This document shows positions 1 to 12,679 of a stretch of DNA of 64,000 bases, one piece after another. Below the pieces are notes generated by a model that was not told where the DNA came from, did not search any database, and saw nothing but the letters and a program-made list of their open reading frames with translations. Source of the DNA: Botryllus schlosseri (taxonomy: Eukaryota); contig CM119371.1 in the NCBI GenBank assembly GCA_051294905.1, positions 27,840,001 through 27,904,000 of the forward strand, written 5' to 3'. Position numbers and translations under genes: made by a program. Position 1 is the first letter of the stretch, and every line of letters starts with the position of its first letter.

Positions 1-151
1 GGTGCCGGTTGCTCCCCGGATTATGTGTGTATTTACCAGTTTTACTATGAATAAATAATATATTAATACAACTTGGCAAACCCTTTGCTCCGTCAAGTTG
101 GATTGGTTGTTGTAAGTTTGATTGATAATAACTTGAGGCTTATTGATGTAG

Positions 152-275
152 GTGTTCGAAGGGAGATTTGATTGATCACTTGTCGACGTCAATCAGCAAG
201 TTTGAGTACAACACAATGTGCTGCGGCATGACTGTTGGCGGTGTACTAGGAATGACGTCCGAACAATACGAAAAG
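152..275 (+). CDS. Gene 1 exon (equivalent to coding exon 3)
   Basis: tag acceptor 149-151, gtagg donor at 276; 124 nt; CSKGDLIDHLSTSISKFEYNTMCCGMTVGGVLGMTSEQYEK. Confidence 0.92.
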
Positions 276-3200
276 GTAGGCCTTACCGGGTAACTGTTGT
301 GAAAAGATTTATGGTTAGCGGTAGTTTTCTAGTTGGCATTATAGTTGGTTTTGGGATTATAAAGTCGTATGTACAAATGTAGCATGCGCAATTGCAGTTG
401 ATCATTACGTCCCATGCACGTATCTACCTCATTTGATGAGGGATTTTTGACTGAATGAGAAATAAGCAAGCGGTTATTGAGAAGGAAATTACACACACCT
501 CTATATGATGGTTAGTAGTTTGTGAAATAAATGTATCGGTGGTGGTATCAGCCTTTGATTGTAGTGTGGTGAATGGTTATTTGCAGGGTTGTAATGAATC
601 GTGGCATGACTCGACTCGAGTCACGACTTTTTGGTGACTCGACTTGACTCGAGCCATTGTCTCAAATGCGTTAAAATGACTCGACTTGAGTGCATTTGTG
701 TATTAACTCGCTTGTACTCAAGTCATTGTGTATGACTCAAACCAAGTCGTATGACTCGAGACTAGGACGGCCATTACAGACATTTCATTTTAACTTCGAA
801 AATAGTAAGGGCACCACGGTATTGGTATTTCGTTCACCAGTCCTAATACTTTGAGAATAGGGCTGAGGGAAATTACGATATTACGAATGCGAACAATTCT
901 ATATTACTCGAGCGGAGTTGAAAAAAATGTTTGAACCGGATTGAACTTGAAACTGAACAGTTTACACAATGACGTGTACTCGGACTCGAGTCAAAGCACT
1001 ATGACTCGGAGTTGACCCTATACTAGCTGACTTGGACTCGGAATTGACTCGGTGGTGAATTGAAAATGGCTCTACTTGACTCGAGTCAAAACTATAAAAG
1101 TGAGATTGACTTGTGACTTCGAACCTTGTGACTTGGTTACAATCCTGCGCTCAAGTAATTAGTTCGAAAAGGTAGGTTTGATATAAGAGGTCGCATACTT
1201 TTAGTTTAGTGGTCAATCGTAAATGGCTAGGTCCGAGATTGAGACGACGTGTCTTCGCTACTAACCCAAAGGGACAGTTGAAACTACTTTGAAATTTTTG
1301 GGCAATCTTTGAAAATATATTCCGTCGGGGCTTACGAACTCGTAGGCTCCAGTCCCGTTACCGTGATACCACGACTAATTGACCCTGTTCTAATGACAAA
1401 GGCGCTCATGAAACTTATACAATCCGCCCCAAAACTATTTCCTACTATTTAGAATCCAAATTGTGAAAAGTAAGTGAAAATTATCAATTAGAAGTAAAAG
1501 TATTGCAACTAGGGCTGCATTTAACCGAAATAATCTTTTTTGAAAAATGTATTTTAAATAACTAATTTTTTTAACATTTGTGTAATTAAGCAATAATTGT
1601 GTAAATACTTTCGAACACACATATATATTGAGGCTATAAGCCTACGGCAGATTTGCACCCGATAGAGTCAACGTATACAATATGGAATGGTTAGAACCCT
1701 CGTAATTGTCGTCGGTTCAACAGTTATAGAACGTAGATATAGCATATAGAAAGTGTCCTCAGAGGACGCCCAAATGTCCTCTTTTTCGAAAATTTGTCGT
1801 CTCATTTGAAAATTTTGGTGAAATGTACGTGTAAATTGAACCGAGAGACAGGAAATCAGTACTCAAGTAACGGTCCGGTTCAGGTGGGTCTTTCGGGAAT
1901 TGAGCCAGAAAGATTACCTTTTCTTTTAGTCAACACTAAAATATTTAAGAGAAAAGTGGACAATATGGCAGTCAATCAAATCGATAAGATGATGACTTCG
2001 GGATAATTTTACCAATTTTTCCTGATTTTACTCCGGTATTGTAAGTCTGAAAATTTTGCAAAAGTTTCATCTTTTCTGTTTCCCAAAATATGGTAACGCT
2101 ACTATAATAAGTAGTAGGCAAAAGTCATACTCGAGTACCTCGAAAAAAATGGGAATGAGTAGACTACGTTACTGATCGCCACTGTGTATATCTCTGAATT
2201 GAGCATGTTGGACGATGCACCGTTATAACGTAAGCGAATGCCTTCTCAACAATTCTCCAGCAAGCCCAACATCTAAATAGAAATGCACGTGATTATCCCG
2301 TGGTGACACAGCAAAAGACGCGGCTCTACCCGCTACTTATTGTGTTTGTTATCATTATAGGCGAGCATATTGACACAGGAAATCGCTGCCTATTTCAAGG
2401 CAGTCGCACGTGCTGGACTTTTCACGGTTCACCGCCGCATAATACCAACAGGATTAATGTACTACATGGATAAGCGCGAATCCGTAACTGTTACAATAGC
2501 GGCAGTCTGGATACCAGACCTGCTGTGCGCTAATGTAAACACGCGGTGCTGTCGTTCTCCTAACTGTTGACCTGTACAATACCAAAGAACGCTAATGTGA
2601 CCTAATTTTACGGATTGAATGCCGGGCGTGTTCTCAAAGTCAATCTCATAATCAGATCAATCTTGATGTTATGTAATTAAGGTCAATGGATTCCCGAATA
2701 ACTTCTGGGGCTGGGGCGGTGAGGACGACGCGGTACACGCACGGATCAAGAAGAAAGGCCTGGAGATCGTACGACCGAATCCGGAGCTTGGCAGGTATCC
2801 GGTGTTACACAATAGAGCAGTGGTTCCAAACGTCCGGTCCGCCAAATGTATTTCAATTTTCAACTCAGTTTTTCAATTCGGATATAATATTAATTAGTAA
2901 TTGGAACGTCACAATGCTGTAAACGGTGTACCAAACTGGTCAAAGAACTAAAGAAGTGTTTCTAAGCCTTTACTAACATGCTGAACACTTACGTTAATCC
3001 GCAAGCCTTTGCGGAACCCCAAATTTTAGCTGAGTAACGAAAAAAAATCTGTAGCATTACACATTACAATATATTACTGTAAAAGACTCGCGCGCAAATT
3101 GCACTGTGCACCAACAACGTTGTGAACGAACAAACCCATTAAAACATGATTGTTACAAGAAAGGAAACGATTTTAGCGAATGAATATCGGAGATATGGAA

Positions 3201-6200
3201 TCGGCATTTCAAAAGGGCGGGGTTTCGATTTTGAACCGCAAACGTCGGCGCATACGGCACTGCTCACAACGTGCCGCCAAGGCATTCACAATTCGCCACC
3301 AGATCGCGACTAATTGATTGCAATCAACGATGGCGTGTCATCACAAATCATATGTATGAGTTGAATGTGTGTCTTGAACACCATGGAACCCATGGTTAAA
3401 GGTAGCCTATAATGATATGTGAAAGTTGTCTTATAATTACTGAAATGAAACATCAAATTTTTGAGTTATTTAGAAGTTTGGGGCGTATTTTTCTGCATCG
3501 TGTCGCAATATGGACGTGATGGTCTACTTTGAACTTGGAGTATAACTCAAAATCTTTCAAAAACTGTTTAAAAGTAAGCTAGAACGCGTGTAAGACCAGT
3601 AATATGTGAAATGTAAAATGGCTTTTTAAACAAAATCTGACCAAATTGGAATGTACAATGTAGCGACATCTAGCAAACGGCGAAGTCCGATTAGTTTTCA
3701 AAATGACTCAATTTTACATAAAATTCGATAGAATCAGAAGTCAGAACGCATAACATTTCTTACAAATGTAATTCGTTTCTTCAGAGTGCCGTAAGCCATA
3801 TCTTTGTCGCCATACATTCTTGGTCGATTTTGATTATTGGATGATCATCGGTCAGGACAATTTGATTTGAAATTTTACAAGCTGCACGGGTTGAGAGCCA
3901 CGATATCACAGTCACCTCGCCACGTCTTGCGGTGCGCGCAATCACGAGGGAAGTTCCTCATTTCACGCCACAAACACTTTTCATTCCAGATTCACGATGA
4001 TCAAGCACGATAGCGACCGGCTGAACCCTTACAACAATGGAGTTTATAAGGCGCTGCGAAAGTCAACACAAGCGTACGTTGAATGATAGCCATCGGCTTA
4101 AATTTCGAATATTCGTGTATGCAACAGCGGTGCAATCGGGCCGCGCACATGCATATAGGCCTACATATATATCGTAAATGCATGTGTGTAAAAGAGGTGT
4201 ATTTAACAAATCCCTTCTAGAGCAGCGGTTCCCATCTCCCAACCTTTTACATTCATTCTCCACTTCTGACTAATTACTATTCCTAATTCCACGTAACCAA
4301 AAACCTCTCAATCCGACAGTTGTTAATGATGCTCCCTCCATTAAAATTTGATACTCTTTTGATAGCGACGATTTGATATTTGTCGAATTTGACGCGCCCA
4401 AGAATATATAGTAAATACCCGCGTAGGGAAAACCAGTGATTGCGGAAGTTTTTGATAATTTATTTGACCAAAAGTGAATCCGAGGTCGAGATAACTATTT
4501 GGCCATATTTTTCTGTAACTTCAGTCGCAACGCTTCATCAAACTTTAAATTAACCAGAGTGATATGCGATGCCGGATGTCACGAACAAGCTATGTGCCTA
4601 TTTGAGTGCATTAAATATCTCTGACATTAGACATAGACTCATAGACGATCACCTTTTACTGCAACATATAACTTCTTATGTACTGGTATCGTGCACAATT
4701 CTGTGAACGCGTTAACGTATGTCATGCTGCTCGCGCCTAACGTGTTTGTGACCACGATATTGGCGTTCCAGAAATAAAAATGAGTTTCGGTGAACAACGA
4801 ACAATAAAATTAGTGACGTAGTCAGCCCAGAAAAATGAACTGGTAAACTTCATCGCAGTGTTGCGCTTCCGTACATCGTACGTAATTATTACATCTGTTG
4901 TTCCCTACCAGGAAGTCATGATTTCCCCTCAGGTTGGGAACCACTGAACTAGAGCGTGGCTGCAAATCTGCTCATCGCCACTTATGGTACCATAGTATCA
5001 TTCCAATGGGTAAGAACGAGTTAGATTCAACAATCCTTAGAGTGCAGGGCTTCTTAAAGTTTTTTGATCACGGATCTCTTCACGTTTTGTGGGTGGTCGC
5101 GCATACTCCCTAAATTTCAGAAGCCGATGATCAGGAAAAAAAAGAGGTTATCAGACCAAGCTCAATTCTACTGAGGCTATTCCATGCCTAAAATAAGTTA
5201 ACCAATGACTAGACAAGGTGGTCACAGTCCCACTCACGGCGTCATTGGCGAAGGAGAATAATCTTGTTTATAGTTTATTGATCATGTAGTTTAACATTGC
5301 CCTTTCACGAACCACGTATAGAGGTCCGTGCACCACAGTGTAAGAACAGCTGTTACAGGTATATATCCCGAGGGAAAGGGGGTTATGTTTACGTGTATGA
5401 CCGTTTTACATAGGGATGGGGTGGACGTGAGGTTCACGTTCGCGTTGTGTGTGTGAACCTCAGAAATTTAGAGGTTCACGTTCACAAACGAACCTTGGTA
5501 GGTTCTGCAGTGTGAACCTTTTTCATATATTAGAATCTCCACTTTATTATAACATCTTTGGTTGAAATGTATTGCATTTGAACTGCCGGCCACTGTATGC
5601 GTGGGGCTGGCAGCGTCAAAAAATCAACACGAAATGAGCATGCACCATGACAGTATCAAAAATGTTACTTGCTTCGTCACAAAAGTTTGCTCGAAATATC
5701 CAGCTTTCCCTTTGTGAATATTTAGTGACTCTCTGCTGTCACCTTGACCCGCAATCACTCAACATCAAGAGTGAAATACGCTACATCTAGGTAGTCAGCG
5801 AATGATGCTTATTCAACCAAGCAATGAAATTGATATCGTTGTCTGATGTACAAAATCTAGCAAGCGTGCTGGGTCAATCTTGGTTTCATATGTTTATTGT
5901 ATCATAAAAACCCTATCCGATCGATTGGGGTGTCGGTTACTGCTGTATAACTTGTTAATGGTATAATATCGGTAGCAAGTATAGGAACTCGTTTTACACT
6001 CTGCTCAATATCTGCGTAGCAATACTATGACGCCAAATACTTTGTCCGGTCTGGCCTAGATCGTTAAGGCATATGCTTATGTTCCCTTGCAAGTCCTCGT
6101 CGAAATTGTTAGACAAGCGATGGAAGATGTTGATTTTATGACATTATTATATCATTTGATTGCACCAGTTGATACGTTTGGCGACGTTTAAAACGTCAAT

Positions 6201-7722
6201 ATGTACTTCAGCATTGTGGCATTATGTGGCCGAGTCGTCGCTAGGTATCGTGCACCCTAATATAGGCTATCATTGCACTGAAATGTAGGGTTGCAATTAC
6301 CAATATGACGTCACGTGACGTCATGAGGTTCACTTTCGCATTTACACAGAACCTTTCAGAGGCTCGCACCATCACCAGTTTTACGTCTTCTTGGAATCGT
6401 ACATAAAAACCGAACCCACCCCACCTCCGGGATATCTCTTCGTAAGGATTGTTGTATTTACACGTTCTCACCCATTGGAATGGGTGTGAATGCAAAAATA
6501 TCATACCAGCTGGTACCGTAAGTCGGGGTCCAGGAAAGATCAATGTTGAAACCACCACTGTTAAAACTACAATACTACATTCTTCTTTATGACATTTGTT
6601 TGTTTTGAAGTGGTATTCATTGTGTTTGTCGACTTACTATGGTAAATTACACCAGGCCAATTTTTCTTCATATTTATTCCGTAGCTGCCGACTTGTAGCA
6701 CGGCCCACTTCTAGGCTGTTATAAAACACCGCTTCCATGGCTGAGATGGCGAGGAGGAGCCTAGGTAAACCTTCAACACTTAGGTAGGAATTCTGAAGTC
6801 TACCTCGGTCAGACTCGAACCCGCAACCCATTGGGGTTTCAGCTGTGGATTATACCACTACGATATCCCGCCACTTCTTTATGACATCTGACCTTTCACT
6901 TTTGACTTGTGCCTCTCTTTGTTCTTACTTCAGCGCTCACCACAGTTCACAAGCGAAAACGATGATTACATTTCTAGTCATTGAGTAGCTTGTTAGGACA
7001 TAATCATCACTGGGCGACAATGATCATCTTTATTTTGTTATCGTAGGATTACCATACGTTCTCCTTTATAGCGTCGACAGCCAAGCGATTGTATAGGCGC
7101 AACAAAAATGCCATAAATAACGCGAAATCTTGATTTCGGCGACTGTGACTGCAAGGATAACTAAACAATCGCGTACCTTAGAGCGGGTCTTCCAGGTGTC
7201 GAGTTGGAGAAATAACCTTTATTATTTTAAGTCAACAACAGTTTGTAAAAAATGTCCTCTTTCCGTATCCTAAAATATCGCAACCACGAGTTATCGGCTT
7301 CCATAATTTCGCGGCTATATAGGGTGCTCTCGATACCATCCAAAACTGATTAGGGGTCCGATCTAGAAGAAAGTTTAGGACACACCGCCTTCTGCTATGG
7401 TGGGAATACACGATTGTCGTATACAGTGTAGGACCCGAAAGCGGCTGAAATCCGACAGTGATATTGGAAAACAATTACAGACCTAAAACGATCTCGTCTT
7501 CCATTACTGACTACCTCTATTTGGCATCGTTAAAAAAACTTTCGCAGTCGTACGCACCATTTTTACTTATACATGCAAGGACATACAACTTATCTTATGC
7601 TGCGCACTTGCTTTAACAGAATGGACAACGACGGACTGAATAGCTTGGACACCACCGTCGAAGAGGTTGAAAAGTACGCCACTTTCGTTAAAGTGCGCGT
7701 TAATGTCGGGCGTCCGCAGTGA
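152..7722 (+). CDS. GT7 (beta-1,4-galactosyltransferase/GalNAc-transferase-like) gene 1, 3' part; join(152-275,2682-2794,3990-4073,7620-7722); 5' exons lie upstream of the window
   Basis: Four AG/GT-bounded exons join in frame: RCSKGDLIDHLSTSISKFEYNTMCCGMTVGGVLGMTSEQYEK / VNGFPNNFWGWGGEDDAVHARIKKKGLEIVRPNPELGR / FTMIKHDSDRLNPYNNGVYKALRKSTQA / MDNDGLNSLDTTVEEVEKYATFVKVRVNVGRPQ*. Exon sizes 124/113/84/103 match gene 3. NGFPN-WGWGGEDD and DGLNSL are GT7 hallmarks. Confidence 0.93.
584..1147. mobile_element. MITE with dense GACTCGAGTC subterminal repeats (gene 1 intron)
   Basis: Ends cagggttgtaa / ttacaatcctg; reverse-complement relative of 35938-36533. Confidence 0.8.
2682..2794 (+). CDS. Gene 1 exon (coding exon 4, WGWGGEDD)
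   Basis: aag acceptor 2679-2681, gtatcc donor at 2795; 113 nt; VNGFPNNFWGWGGEDDAVHAR. Confidence 0.92.
3990..4073 (+). CDS. Gene 1 exon (coding exon 5, metal-binding MxxH loop)
   Basis: ttccag acceptor, gtacgt donor at 4074; 84 nt; FTMIKHDSDRLNPYN. Confidence 0.9.
4223..4946. mobile_element. hAT MITE in gene 1 last intron
   Basis: cagcggttccca / tgggaaccactg; degenerate TSD ttctagag/aactagag. Confidence 0.7.
5411..6370. mobile_element. TAGGGATGGTGTGAAC-family MITE (one end lost)
   Basis: Colinear with 32813-33775. Confidence 0.75.
6596..6874 (-). mobile_element. tRNA-derived SINE, family 1
   Basis: Minus-strand head with A box (atcgtagtgg) and B box (ggttcgagtc); (caaa)n tail; 13-bp TSD ttctttatgacat (6583-6595, 6875-6887). 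Confidence 0.88.
7620..7722 (+). CDS. Gene 1 terminal coding exon
   Basis: ttaacag acceptor; MDNDGLNSLDTTVEEVEKYATFVKVRVNVGRPQ, TGA at 7720-7722. Confidence 0.92.
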
Positions 7723-7988
7723 ATCAGCTCCGACAATACAGCAGTTACGTGCTGAATGGATATGGTGGATTGCGCCGATGCAAGAACCCTGTCTGGCGGA
7801 CATCCACCCAGTCTGCCCCGATCAATACAACTGCCTCACATTCAGATAATCTGGAGGGAATAGCAAGCTACCCGATCCCGCGCAATCCCGGCAATGTGTC
7901 ATCATACTGCAAAATACGTCCATACGTTTGAAGACGATTGGTCGTTAAATGATCTTTGTTTTTATCCATATTTATAAGAAATTATTGT

Positions 7989-7994
7989 AATAAA
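7989..7994 (+). promoter_or_regulatory. Probable polyadenylation signal of gene 1
   Basis: First AATAAA after the stop codon, ~270 nt downstream. Confidence 0.5.
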
Positions 7995-8429
7995 ATATAG
8001 AAAACAAAAATTATTTCATTTTGCGGGCAATGCAGCAAGCATTTCGAACATGGTTTTAGGTCTCGGGCCGGTATCACGTACCTTCTGATCTCATCCGGAC
8101 AATAACAAAATTCCAATACGATGGTCAGGGGTCCAAGGCTTTTTTTACACTGTGGCCCCTTCGTAAATTTATTAAAATAAACGGCCCCCTACTTTTGCAA
8201 GCATTGGTAAAAAGTAACAGAATCATGATTTCAATTGAAAACCATGGTCCTTACAATTATTTAATGGGGTAGATTTGGGGATGATAAATCAGGAAATTTA
8301 TAATTTTCAAATCTCTTCACGAATTCCTAGGCTCATGGCCCCTAGCGCTCAAAGTAACAAGGTTGGGAACCCCTGACGAATACGTGTGCACGCGAATCTG
8401 TAGCATCAAGAAACTTTTTCGACTCAAAA

Positions 8430-9075
8430 ACGGACCAATTTGTACATGAAAAAACTTTATTTTAACGAAATGTGGCCATATGAAGAATTCCAGTAGCTAC
8501 ATCGCGTAATATGGTAGAAATAATCAAAATTTGTTGTAATACAACGAAAGATACTTTCCTACATTCTCGGATAGAAAGTGACTGTCCTTACTAAGTAGCT
8601 TGCCAAGAATGGAGAAAGAACGAACAACAGCAGCAGTTGTTGGCTGACAACACTGAAGTTGTGCGTACGCTGCTGGTGACGCACACCGTGTTGCTTCATT
8701 GTGACAATGGTATCTATATCACAATCTTCCATCATGCGCTTCTTGATATAAGAACCATGCAATGCCCACGAAGTCTTGCTTCAGGTAGGATATTGCGGTA
8801 CGTTGAGCATAACACCATGTCAACCTATTTGCTTCATTTGAAAGTTTATGATTCACAATGAGCAGACAATGGGCCGTCCACAACGGTAGGCCTATAAAGT
8901 AGGCTACAAGCTGTAAAATGTCAAATGATAAGTTCACCGACAGGGCAAAATCTACGATACAAACGAAATGCAGGTTGCAAAAATTTTTGACTTGAACAAT
9001 TTTGACATTTTTTGACATAACGCTACAATTTTGACAAATTTTGACTTTTATGACATGTGAAAAAATCGCCCTAAT
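8430..9075. repeat. Dispersed repeat, homologous to the internal part of 61267-62853
   Basis: Long shared runs, e.g. gtccttactaagtagcttgccaagaatgg and gagcagacaatgggccgtc. Confidence 0.8.
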
Positions 9076-9913
9076 TATAATAAAGGTAGATTCGGAATTC
9101 CTATGCCGGCAAATGGAAAAGTATGTGGGTATCTCTCGTCGCTATAGTTTAGGCACAAGACGGAGATTTTCAACTAAATGCTTAGTAATAAAACAGCTCA
9201 TATTGCCTGATTATTTTTCGGTCTACGTATGGATTTAGATTAGTAAAGGATATATATTTCTGTGAATGCAATGCGGAGGATGGAATTTGGATTATGGAAA
9301 AAATAGTATTTACGGTGACCACTTCTGTAATTATTTATTATAGTGGTGCCCACCGTAAATACTATTTTATTCAAATCCGAATTTTTCGATGGCAATAACT
9401 CCGCTTCCACTGGTTGGAATTGCACCAAATTTGGTGAACGTCGTTTCTATAGACAACCTAACACTTTCATGGGGTAAACAGAAAAATTTCAAAATTTTTG
9501 TTATTTATTTTTATATAATAAATAGAAACTTTCTTCTCATGTAGCAATGCGGCTACTGATTGGAATTGAACCAAATTTGGTGTGTAGGCTTAAATTAGGT
9601 AACCTAACAATTTTATCAGTACGATATGAGAAAAAAGTCATTTTTGAAGACCCCTATTGCACAATGGTGACCATCACTGTAGGTCTGACAAATTTCAACC
9701 AGCGCGGCTGTATTTAAAATGCGAGCAATCAAACATACCAGATTGTTCGTGAGATTAGGTCATAACCACATTGAACATTCTCAGTAACTTGCGACATAAA
9801 GCCTCTCTGTCTCACTTGTACAATCTAGTTCTAGTAGGCTCAACGGTATTTGGCTACAAAATAAATTAAAGATCAAGACATGTATATATGAGGTATTCAT
9901 GGTGTATGTCGAC

Positions 9914-11303
9914 CAGAAATGGACCATAGTTACATTAATTCAATTGCAATTACAATTACAAATACTCTCTTGCATGTTTCAATTACATTACAATTACAAT
10001 TACTCAATGCTAAAAATATCAAATTACAATTACAATTACAATTACTGTTAAACATGTAAATAATTAGAACTAAAATTGCAATTATAATTACTATTAAACG
10101 TGTAATTGATTCGGTAGAGAGGTGCTCTTTGACAACATTAGCGACGTAATTAGCAACAATCTCAATCTATTCATGTTTCATTCATGATACGTAGAATACC
10201 ATTTAATTCAAAAAAAAATTGAACGTATTCGAGCTATACCTAATCATGAGTACTGGTAGGATGATACCGATAAGTTGTGTAAAATTAAAACAAATGCAAA
10301 AGTAAAGAAGCTCCTGATAATTACGAATTACAAACTTTTGGTTCGCATTTACATTTTCACATGCTCAAAAACTCTCAGATTGCATTTGATGAACGAACAT
10401 TAGGGTGCGGAAAGTTTCTAGCCCCTGTAAATTTGGCTAAGATTGAAGGTAAGATTGGGATAACATCTCTACCGATGCGTAATCAAGTTTGATGAAGCCT
10501 TGGTTGAAAACTTGAATTTTTTTTTTGCAATTGTTGCAGCAAGCCTCAGTACTGGTAAGAGATTTGAAAAAAAAACTCTGACCGTGGTGTAGGAAATGGT
10601 CCAGCACAGGTTTCAGAAGAGTTTATTTGCTGTTCGTCCATTTTTGAAATATTAAGATTTAGTTTAACCCAGTGGTTCTCAAACTTTTTTTCGACAAGTC
10701 CCCCTTTATGACAGTGAAATATTTCGTGTCCCCCTAATCGTCATATCACACAATGGAACCAGAATGTTAGCAATCCCAACATATAGTTTGATGGTATATG
10801 GAAGGTTATGACTATTGATGAGAGAATTCGTCAATTTGAAATTCGGGCTATACACAGAGCAATAACTATGAAATGGAGATAAATCGCGCCAAGCGCGGAA
10901 ATTGTTTTCAGTTTACCGGGGCTTCGCGTCTCCCTTCAGATGCTTTCATGCCTCCCAAGGGGGCGCGTACCCCAGTTTGAGAACCACTGATTTAGCCTAT
11001 ATTGTAATTCACTGAGTTTTCTGTTGTTACTGAAGTATCGGAAACAGTTTAGCATGGCTGAATTAGTTAACGAGTCACGCATAGAACAACCATATAAATA
11101 GGCAAATTATTTGGTGTTGTGATTGTCAGGTCAGGTAACAATGTAATTGAAATTGTAATTACGCAAAAATTTTTATCAAATTACAATTACAATTACAATT
11201 ACACAATATAGAAACGCTTCAATTACACTTACAATTACAATTACATGAAAAATGTAATTAATTGCATTCAGCTCAATTAAAAATTACAATTGATCCAACT
11301 CTG
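9914..11303. mobile_element. DNA transposon with (CAATTA)n subterminal repeats
   Basis: Imperfect TIRs cagaaatggacca / tgatccaactctg; TSD atgtcgac/atgtcgag; CAATTA arrays near both ends. Confidence 0.7.
10670..10989. mobile_element. hAT MITE nested in 9914-11303
   Basis: TIRs cagtggttctcaaact / agtttgagaaccactg; related copy at ~45210-45522. Confidence 0.8.
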
Positions 11304-11421
11304 ATGTCGAGTGTCGACTACTATGATCATTTACACCAGGCCAATTTTCTTCATTTTTATTCCGTAGCTGCCGACTTGTAGCACGACCCACTTCTAGGCT
11401 TTTATAAGACACCGCTTACAC

Positions 11422-12117
11422 CATTGGTTCCCAACCGGGGGTGAATTCTCCCCTTGGGAGGAAGTTTGAAATTTTTAGGGGGGAATATGGTTCAGGGTTA
11501 TATCGGAAGATACACTGCGTTCACAAGGTTTTGGGATTTATATGGCAAAACTGTTAAGTATGAAACTGGCTCTTTACAATTGTATGTTTCTTTGGTGGAT
11601 TTTAAGCTAGGTGAATGTTTAAATGCCCTCCGTAGATAGTACACCCTCTGATAAAGTGAGGCTCACGAGACGATTTCGTTGGGCCTGTTACGGCCTCTCT
11701 ACCAAATTGCTACTAAGCAGGAAAAAGTCGAATTCAGCACGAGGCCGCTGGTGAAAATGCTAACCTTTTTACGCCAACATATGAGCGAACGTGAAGATAA
11801 TACCAAATTCATCGATTCAACTCGAGGCCTTGGCAAAAGGACTTACGGTGATTTATTTTTCGTTAGGGGCTACCCGAATGGTACAAAACAGGTCGCATTT
11901 AGCGGTACTTTACCAAAGTGAAGTGCAGTCCGCATTCGACATAGTTCGGACATATCTGAATATGTTTGGCCATAAATTGTTTATTCAACAAATAATTGTG
12001 CGGTAAAAAAAAACACCTTTTTAAGTCACAGGCAACTTATTCATAGGGGGGGGGGGGGGATTTTAGATCAAATATCGGCCACGGGGTCCACGAGACGAAA
12101 AAGGTTGGGAACCACTG
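11422..12117. mobile_element. hAT MITE
   Basis: TIRs cattggttcccaacc / ggttgggaaccactg; TSD gcttacac (11414-11421, 12118-12125). Confidence 0.9.
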
Positions 12118-12679
12118 GCTTACACGGACGAGATGGCGAGGAGGAGCCTAGATAAACCTCCAACACCTAGGTAGGAATTCTGGAGTCGAGCTCGGTCGGA
12201 CTCGAACCAGCAACCCATTGGCGTTGCAGCGGTGGATTATACCACCACGCTATCTCGCCACTAAATTTATAGGTTCGCTGTAGTACAGTTTGGGTACCAC
12301 TGCCGTACACTGTAAATCCAATTGGAAAGATAGGTGTATTTATCAATTTCCCACCATGGCATGGAGGGTAGAATAGAATAACAGCACATTCAAGTATAAA
12401 GTTGTGACTTCACGCAAACTCCTATAAATGTGCAATTGAGTCACTTACGTCAATCGTTTTGGAGATTTATCCAAGGGATTTCTTGGGTGGTCCACGGAAA
12501 CAGAATCCACTGCCCCACCGGGACATACCTCCAAACGAATTGGTGTATTTGTCTCATTCACAACCCATGCGGGGGAGTGAAAGTACAATTTGGTACCTGA
12601 AATTGCCGTTTTTCTCTTATTTACATTCTATGCAAGGGTGAGAAACATCGAGACAAACGATTCCGTTTACACTTTACAG

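Larger units (their letters stand above)
9890..12261 (-). mobile_element. Family 1 SINE split by two DNA transposons
   Basis: Pieces 9890-9913, 11312-11421 and 12126-12261 join colinearly with 6596-6874; A box tagcgtggtgg, B box ggttcgagtcc. Confidence 0.8.
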
